Below, one piece after another: positions 55,001 through 64,000 of a stretch of DNA of 64,000 bases; within the stretch, counting starts at the first letter, position 1; each line of letters opens with the position of its first letter. Below the pieces are notes generated by a model, which was not told the origin of the DNA, did no database searches, and saw only the letters and a list, made by a program, of their open reading frames with translations. The translations under genes and the position numbers were made by a program. The DNA lies in NCBI GenBank assembly GCA_000165425.1, contig CT868027.1, positions 186,001 through 250,000 of the forward strand. The letters run 5' to 3'. The stretch is from Paramecium tetraurelia (Eukaryota).

Positions 55001-58000
55001 TACAATGGAAGTGATAAGCAACCTTACTAAAGAAATCCTCATTTTAACAATTTCCCACCTATGGTGATAGAAATTAATGTTGTGAATGTTTGGGCTATTG
55101 TTTTAGGGGATTTAGAGAAAGAGCATTTTGAAAAATCAAAATCCATAGGTATTCTTTTGGATTGCAATTATTCATAAACTTGGTTAGGTGACAGTTGGTT
55201 TGGACCTGGAAGTTGTGAAAAAAATATTGAAGCTACTTTAAAAAAATTATACATCTTTCAAACCAATCATATCATTAACTTAAAGTAAGATGAATAATCC
55301 AAGAAATCAACAGAAAAATTCATAATACCACCTCACCCTCCCTTAAGAACCCTATTAGAACCTTTCAAGGTTTGTATTAAAATGAAGTACTCTGTTGATT
55401 TCTATAGAAATGCTTTATTAAATTAAGAGATTTTTACATCTGAAGGAGTTCAGGTGAAAGAGTACTATACAGATTATAAATATTATCATAAATGTTATCA
55501 ATCTAAAAATGAGTGGGAAATAAGTTTAATAAATTCTGCGAGATTAAAAAATAATTTTAGTCTCTCAATTAGAGATATTGCAGAATTATAATAAATCATT
55601 AATATCTTTTCTGCCAGAAAATCTCCTGAAGGTAAATACCATTTTTATAGGAAACCTTAACCTCCAGATCCATTTATTGATGATTGTATAAATACAAAAA
55701 AGATCAATATAGAGATGCTCAAGATTCAAATATTGAAAAACAAAGATGGAGTCAAAGCAGCTTAATTTGAATTGAAAAATTTAAGGATGTCTGATTTCAA
55801 AGATAATAAAAAGACTTAATTAAATCTATTAGCTTGTGTATCATTAGACTATTTTAATAAGAGAAAAATGGATTTCGAGCCTTTCCTTGAACCTTGGAAA
55901 TTCACTATTACAACTTTGTCTTAGATTGAAAAACCTCCCGAGAATAAGGCTATTGATAGAGATTCAAATAAAATTACAATAGCAAATCATATTGAAAAGG
56001 AACTTAAAGGCGAAGAAGTTCCATATTATCTAAAAGATCATACAAATTCATTAAATATTAATATCACTCCTGCTTTAGTCGAAGTAGCTATGGAAGCATT
56101 GAAGATTTACAATAAAAAAATGGAAGATGAAGAACCATATAAAATTTTTAATAGATGTGGATATGCTTTGGAAATTAGAGATATAAAAAAGGACCAACCT
56201 GTGAGAATTATTTAGGAGGATTCAGAATATACATATAATACATAAAAAGAACTTTGGGCAAAGGATTTTAAGAAACACAAGTCAGATTAATAATAAATGT
56301 TATTAAATTTAGTAATTTTGAAACCAAACAATTTAAAAGATAGAGATGAAGAGGAGGATGAGATTAAGGTCGAAATTAAAGTTGTTGAGAGTATTCATAG
56401 TAATAACTTTAGAAGAACGACTTTAGATTTCCCAAGCAAAAGCACTCAATCAAAAACTTTGATACCTTAAAATTAAACATAAGCAATGAATTAATATTCA
56501 AATATGAATTAATCTTAATACACAAGGAGTAGAATATACAAATCATAAAGAAATGAAAAAAATATTAGTAATTACAAAACAATCAAGTACGTTAATTTTG
56601 ATTTTGTGGGCAAGAAATTTTATCCATTGGTAAGATAGCATAAGAATGAATAACAGGACCTACACAGTGGGAAAAAAGGAACTTTTGATGCATTTAAAAC
56701 TAATATCGATAAAATTACTGGAGTTTTCTTAGCTGACACTAAGAAAATTAATGAAGAAAGGAATATCTATATTCAAGTCAATGTAAATATCAATCCACAG
56801 AATGGTTCAAAAGAAATTCAAATTTAAAGTACTGTGAAAATATACAATTATTTAAGTACTTCTTTAGAATTAGGTTTCCAAGTGAATGGATAAATGAAAG
56901 AAACAACTTCAGTTAAATTAGAACCAAAATAGATTTATATTGTTCCTTTAGAATTTTTAGAAAATAAAACTGAAGTTAGATTTACACCAGAGAAAATCTA
57001 AAATCGTCAATAAGACGAATAATTAGAAAGAAAATATTATCAATTAGACACATTATTGTGTGATCAACAATCATTAGGAGAATTTGAAGTTGATAAGGAT
57101 AATTCAATAGTTGAAGTGCTAGAACAAGCAACTCAAATTGTAACATCCTAAGGTAAATCAAATCCTGTAATCAAATCCGAGTTTAAATAAATTCATGATC
57201 CCTTAAATTATAAATATGATCACATAATAACCTCTATGAAAAGTAATATTAAAAGAAATAACTTTTATTTCATAATTAATTGTGTGAAAATAAAAAATTA
57301 AATCACCAATTAAAGGAAAGCAATGATTAATTTCAATGAAATTGGTGATTAAAAACCAAGTGAAGATGATAATGATGCTTGTTATGAAACTTATTTGATT
57401 TGTTATCCTATTTTTAAATTTACAAATGCAACAGTAAGAGACATCAATATACATTATGGTGTATTTTCTTCCAATAAATAATAATCTGAAAAATAACTAC
57501 CTTGTTCACCAGTAAATCCAGATTAGCATTTCTATTGTGAAACATTAGATTATCATGATGATATTGAAGTTTAATTTTCGATTGAAAATTAAATAAAATT
57601 TGATCAAAATGAACCATAAAATGAAGATCTATTTAGAACTAAGCCATTTAAAATATTTAATAGAGGCTTTGGTCTAGGAGAAGAGAACAAATTTTAAATT
57701 AAGTTTAAACAATCAAAAGGTAATGATTAATACTTGACAGTTCTAATAAAAAAAAGATCAACTAAGTCAAGAGAATTAGTATTATATTGTCCATACTTAA
57801 TATTTAACGAGACAAATAAGCTATTGATATACAGAGAGTATGGATTAACTTAAGATATTCCTTCAGATGACTGGGTTTATTATTAAAATTTTAGTAAAAC
57901 CTATTAAAAGAATAAATAAAAGAAAGAAATAGAGTAACATTCTTAATATCATAATTTACATTAATTTGCTACAAGCACAAATATGAACAAAATATAAGTT

Positions 58001-61000
58001 GCCATAGGATAATTAAATGATCAATAAGTGTCAGATATCTCTAAGTGGAGTAATCCAGTAAGCTTATAAAATAGCAATGTTCTAGAAATAATAGGATCAA
58101 CTGAAATTTTAAAAAAAGATCATGAGTAATTACCATCAAAAGATAGTAAAAAGAGAGCAAGTACAGATGCCAAAGGAAAATTTGAATTTGGTATGGCAAT
58201 CACAAGTGGCCCTGGATCATTTCATAGAAGCAAATTAATCACAATTACACCTAGATTTATAGTGCATAATGAAACATAGTATAATATAGCCATGGCCTAA
58301 GTAGATACTGAGTATAGAGATAATAATCTGTTGAGGTTGAAACCAGGAGATTGGAAATATTTTAGCTGGTCGAATATCAAAAAACCTGCTCTAGCCATGA
58401 TCTCTTTTTATTAAGAATCAACTGGTCTAATATCAGGTTGGAGTGGGTACTTTAAACTATAGGTTTAAGAAATCTCATTAAAAATTCCTAGTATTAAACC
58501 AATTATAAATAACAATAATTCAGATTACTAATAACTTTATGTACTTTAGAAGGTTAATATAACATTAATGGATGATTTAATCTTATTAATAAGATTCATA
58601 TTAGAAGATCCAATAATTCCTCCTTATTATATAGAAAATTTAACTAAATATGAAATCACTTACAAACAACAATCATCTAGTCAAGCATAAAAATATAGAT
58701 TAAATTAAGCTAATCCAATTATGTAAAATAACGAAATCAATAGGGGCATTCATCAGGTAATAGCTTCAAATCCAATTGGATCTCAAGATTAGGAATTAAT
58801 ATAATTTTCTGCTGGAGGAAGTGAAGTTACTTATTTATAACCTGGAGAAAGAGTAGCTTTTACTTGGGATCATTGGATTGATGACAAGGAACATGTACTA
58901 GAAGTTGAAATTGAGGGATAAACAGAGAAATATGAAATAGATAAGATTCAAAACTTTTAACCATTAACATTACCTGGTTAATCATAAAAACGAAAAAAAC
59001 TAGTAAATAAGAAATATCTTTATAAATAAGGAAATATATTTATTAAAGATTTGGATAAGCCCAAAGAATATTATTGTACTCTCAATGTTTTGAAATAAAA
59101 ATTTAATGTTTATTCTTCAGATAAGAAATAACATGAATCATATTATTTATAAGGAGCAAAAGTAGATGAAAGTAAGGATAATGAATTTGTATTAAAAATT
59201 AACCCAGAGAAAATGTTGTCCAAAAACTTACATTTCCAAACTAAGACAGTTGATGAAGCAAATTAATGGGTAGAATATTTATGGAGAGCAATTTTAATTG
59301 ATAAACCTGAAATGGTGGAATTAAAAATTGAGCCATCAAATTAAACTAAAGTAGTTACTTTTTTTTAAAATAAATCAAATGATAGAGCTGATTCTCAAAA
59401 AGAAGGATCAGAAATTTAGTAAGATAAAGAAGAGGACACTTAACGTTAATAATTTACTTGTTATAAGATTTCAATAAGTAATTGTGTAAGTATCTCTATT
59501 ATCGATGAAACTCCAAAGGAAATATTATAAATCTGCTTTAAAAATATATAAGCTGAATATATTTTGATAGAAGAAGTTTAGAAAGACTTTCAATTAAGAT
59601 AAAATTATGATGATGATGATAATACAAACGTATTAGCAGAAAAACCATAAATAAAATAAATAAAAGAGCATATAAACTTATCAATAGATTTAATTATCAT
59701 TAATAATTAAATAATAAATTCACAATTCCCTGTTTTGCTAGCCCCTAATAAAAAGAAAATATTTGGAAATCAATAACCATTTTTTGTATTGACTACTTAC
59801 AGAAAAGATTAATCATAAATAAAAAAGTCAAATGCTAGTATGAATAATGGAAGTAGAGTAGTTGTTAAGAATGAATCAAACGCTTAAGCAAACTAAGCTT
59901 AAGCTAATGATTAACAATAGAACCAGTCCAAATTTAAGATTTCTTATATTCACACCCTATAAATGTTTACAGATACCTTAGAAATTAGGTTGGATCATTA
60001 AATTTTAGATTAAATAATATAGTATTATAATTTAATAGCAGCCATTATATGGGATAGTAATTTTAGTGATGTATAATCTTCAAGCAATAGCTAATTTGGA
60101 TTAGGATCTCTATAAAAAAAATAAGAAGAATAGTTAAAGAAAATAAAATAACATAGTATTAGCAAGATTTATCTCAAAAATTTAATGCTGGAGCCAATTG
60201 ATATATGTTTTACTTTAAAGTATATATTTGATGTAACTATTTAGATCATCTCCAGGGCACGTCATGAATTCATCATCTATAGGAGTCATAGCAGATTTGG
60301 GATTAACACTAGCATCAATTGACAGTGCAAAAATAAGATTAAATGCATTTAAGACTTAACATATATTTGGATCAAGTAATGAAATTATTGGCAGAATATC
60401 GAAGCATTACAAAGGGTATGTTTATACAATTAAATTCTTAGATAATTTTTAACATAAATTTATAAATTGTTAGGATCATTTGAAATATTTGGAAATCCAG
60501 TTTCTCTCATTTCAAATTTAGGAACAGGTGTAATTGATATGTTTTATGAACCAATATACGCTCTTGTCACAGGAAAGAGTGGTTACAAGGTAGGAGAAAA
60601 ATTCTTTACTGGAGCAGTAACTTTAATCCACACTTCGATAACAGGTGTGTATAAAACAGTTAACACAATAATTGGAACAATAATGAAGATTCTTGATTAA
60701 ATGACTTTAGATAAGAAATATATGTCAGAAAGAAGCAATAGATTGAATAGAGCAATTAAAAATTTTAGAGAAGGATTGATAATTGGATTCACTAATTTCG
60801 GAAAGATTTTATTTCAAACAATAATTGGAGTTTTAGAAAGACCAATTACTGGAATAAATGATGGTGGATTTTTAGGCTTTTTGTTGGGAATTTACTAAGG
60901 AATAATGGGAATTATAATCAAACCTACAGTAGGAATTTATGATCTTTTAATTACAATAATTGAAGGAATAAAAAATACAGCAATATATGAAGAACATATT

Positions 61001-61514
61001 ATGGACACTCGATACAGACCACCAAGAATTTTTGGAGATAACAATCAATTAATCCCTTTTAATTTTAAGCATGCCATTGGTACAGATATTATAAGGAGAT
61101 ACAAATTGAAAGTTATTGATGGAGAAAGTATTATCTTTTTTGATTAACTCAATATATCAGATGGAGACAAGAAAAAATAAGAAGCTTAAATAGTTTTGAC
61201 TGATTCACGAATAGTTTATGTTTTGGTAATATTTATTTTTATACTTTTAGTCTCATTCATCTATTCATTGTGATAAAATAATGATTTACAAAATTAAATC
61301 AATAAAATACTAGGAAAGGTAAAAGGTGCTGAGGTTTAAGCTTCATACTCCTGTTCGAAAATCTTGGTTTTAAGCAAATTCAACTAAATATGAATTAAAA
61401 TATGAAAGTAAGATCAAAGCCATCAAGTTGGCTGAATAGATCTAAAAATCTTTTAAAGACAAATATAATATTCAATTAACTAATTTAAAGGAAACTTCAA
61501 ATGAAAAAAAATGA
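49046..61514 (+). CDS. VPS13: VPS13-family bridge-like lipid transfer protein (about 4000 aa)
   Basis: Chorein_N (FLKPYIKN...GEVCLKQLELR...LIIPWNNL); VAB-like (FEPFLEPW, SKLITITPRF, PPYYIEN, AFTWD); C-terminal GSFEIFGNP..LGTGV.D.FYEP and RYRPPR; TGA 61512-61514. Confidence 0.93.
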
Positions 61515-61589
61515 TCAACTTAATATATTTTGTAAAATATGTCAATTTTATTTGCTTTTAATTATTTGCAACAGTTTTTTAGACAAGTT

Positions 61590-62560
61590 TTATGACTCAG
61601 TCTAATTAAAATATTGATGATTCAGAGCATCCCTTAAGGAAATTCTTTTATTTGGGTTATATTATAACATTTTGGATAATAAATCAATTCCTTCACTACT
61701 CATTTTTAGCAATATTTTATATAAGTAAGCTGGGTCTCTCTTTTCAAATTGAATAATTTAAGTCAAATTTAAAAAACCAGGCCGATTTATTTCAGACCAG
61801 TATATTGACCATTTTCGATAATATTTGAATCTCACTTTCTCCTGAAAATAAAGTGTATCGGAGATAGAATTCTGCAAATACACAACCAATTGCCCACACA
61901 TTTAAAGCTGGACCATATTTTTATGAATTGAAAAAGAGTTCGGGTGCCCTATATTAAATAGTACATGTTTATGTTGTCATAGGCTTATCCTCCCATAATC
62001 TTGCTGAACCAAAGTCTATTATTTTAAAAATACCATCTTCGTTATTAAAACATATTTAGGATTTAAAATCCCAATGCAGTATCATTTTGGAAATAAGTTC
62101 ATCAAATCCCTTTAAAAATTTTAGAGAAAAATTATTTTGATGTCTCTATCTTAAAATTATTCGCCAGTTCACTTTAAGATTAAATTATACAAAAAGTGAT
62201 GCCATACGATCATAAACAAAATAAATTGAGCCAAATGTATTATCATTCTTTTTTTTTGATGTTTTCATTAACACATGCATAGGTATGATTAAATTTTAGT
62301 GAATCATATTATTCATAAAGCTGACCTCACATAAACTATAAATTTCCAATCCGCCCTTCTTTTTTAAGGGCTTGAACCTTTTTATTACTACAAATTATGG
62401 AAGAGTTTCTATTTTCACTAATGAAGGAATTCATTGAAATATTCTTTTATTATTTATAGATTTCTCACATTTATATAGGTAAATCTTATCATATGCTCCT
62501 CCTGGTAATTTTTTTATTTTTTTTACTTTTGTATAATGATCATGATCCACTTTGCATAAT
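61590..62560 (-). pseudogene. Degenerate CDK-like kinase (pseudogene)
   Basis: IDFGSAR, TCTIQYRAPEL, VWAIGCVFAE and LFSGESEIQ are retained; HRD has become HWD; in-frame TGAs, frameshifts and no usable ATG. Confidence 0.75.
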
Positions 62561-62659
62561 ATTAATTGTACAAACAGTTTAAATTATGTTTGTAATATTT
62601 GTATATTGAATCTAATCTTAAATTCTTTTTAATAATTGATATTTGATATAATATTTATC

Positions 62660-63341
62660 CATCTATCGATTATTTAGTTGCTTATTTAAATCAGTAAAAG
62701 GGACATATCTAATTCCTAAAAAATTTTAAATATTAATTTTCCATTTTGATCCATATCAATCACTTAAAACACTTTGTTTCCCTTACCAGGAGAAGTTAAC
62801 ATACGACGACGGCCTTTATCCAGTTATTCTAATCGTTTTTGTGATATTTGTTTCAGCTGCAGCACCTGCATGAATAGATTAATAAGGGCCTTCTTACTCA
62901 AACCCTAATCTTCCATCTCCTTTTATAATTTATTTTTGCTTATCTTTAAACTATTAATTGTATACTCTCTATGATTATTGTAATTTACTAGCTTAAATTT
63001 GTGATTGAGTTTTCTTATTATAATTTCATCATTAAATAGATTGCAGCACATAAATATCAACTACCAGAACCAACATCAAGAGCTCTTACTCAGTTTTATA
63101 AATGAACCTTAAGTAATCTCTATTTAGTCATACAATACTAATGAATAAGCATGCATATGAGGAGCAGATATTGTTGCATTAAAGCCTATTTATAATAGGT
63201 AATCTTCATTAGCATAAATTTATCAGACTCGTTTATAAATTATTTGCGATCCTCAAATAATAAACCTTATTTCACAATTTCAGATTTAATAAAGCCTTCT
63301 TTAAATAAATTTTGCACTAAATTTTCTAGTTTATTATTCAT
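62660..63341 (-). pseudogene. Degenerate protein-L-isoaspartate O-methyltransferase (PCMT/PIMT) pseudogene
   Basis: IGFNATISAPHMHA, ALDVGSGS*YL (TGA at 63059-63057 in place of Gly), GDGR.G, IHAGAAA; frameshifts near 63215 and 63095. Confidence 0.85.
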
Positions 63342-63348
63342 TTAATTA

Positions 63349-64000
63349 ATGGACATTGAATTTTAAATAAAGGAAAATAAGGTAGCGATACTTATCATTG
63401 GAATGGCAGGCACTGGCAAAACAACTTTCGTTTAGGTTAGGAATCAATCATTATTATTAGCAATTAAGCAAGCAATTAAAAAATGAGAAGCATACTTTAA
63501 TTAATCTCGATCCCGCTGTTTATTCATTACCTTATGAACCTGAAGAAGATATTCGTAAATCAATTAATTATAAAGAATTGATGACTAAGTAAGTTATTCT
63601 TTTATCATAAATTCTAGAAATAAACTTGGTCCTAATGGAGCGATCATGACAGCCCTCAATCTTTACTCACTTTAATTAAACTAATTAATTGAAAAAATAG
63701 AAAAATCAGACTCCAATATATAAATTATTGATACTCCAGGACAGATCGAAGTTTTCACTTGGTCAGCATCTGGCAATTTAATATCTTAAACATTATCTAT
63801 GTCTATGCCTACAATAATATTTTATGTTATTGATATTGCAAGATGTTAAAACCCTAATAGTTTTATGAGCAATTTATTATTTAGTTGTAGTATATTCTAC
63901 AAATTTAAATTGCCTATGGTTATAGTTTTTAATAAGTGTGATGTGGCTGATTCAAAATAACCATTAGAATGGTTGAGAAATTATGATTCATTTACAGAAG
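63349..64000 (+). CDS. GPN1: GPN-loop GTPase 1 (Npa3/XAB1); truncated by window end
   Basis: IGMAGTGKTT, INLDPAV, LGPNGAIMTALNL, DTPGQIEVFTWSASG, FNKCD. Confidence 0.95.

Overview
AT-rich, very gene-dense eukaryotic DNA from a ciliate macronuclear genome, almost certainly Paramecium (aurelia-type, likely P. tetraurelia). Conserved proteins read through TAA/TAG as Gln (translation table 6), only TGA terminates, and genes carry tiny (about 20-38 nt) GT-AG introns, so the supplied standard-code ORF track shows only fragments. I read about 30 protein genes by hand: a MAK11/PAK1IP1-like WD40 protein, a tandem pseudokinase-kinase, EF-hand and ankyrin proteins, a bacterial-type D-Ala-D-Ala carboxypeptidase (S11), a divergent UBC/E2, a 3-repeat Myb, JMJD6, RPB1 (heptad-less CTD), an F-box protein, a deoxynucleoside kinase, a soluble adenylyl cyclase-STAND NTPase-PH protein, a GSK3-like kinase, an ICL-type centrin, RPT2, ABHD13, a B-box/OHA/2xLOTUS protein, a RING protein, a roughly 4000-aa VPS13 and GPN1. 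There are also two adjacent pseudogenes (CDK-like, PCMT). The best leads are the B-box-OHA-LOTUS candidate RNA/germ-granule factor, the sAC-STAND-PH architecture, the cytosolic-looking PBP-type peptidase, two local G-rich to C-rich strand-asymmetry domains (one spanning RPB1), and two abutting alternative tiny-intron solutions in the RPB1 CTD. I saw no RNA genes, transposons, telomeric repeats or CRISPR arrays. Gene boundaries are manual and some 3' ends are approximate.
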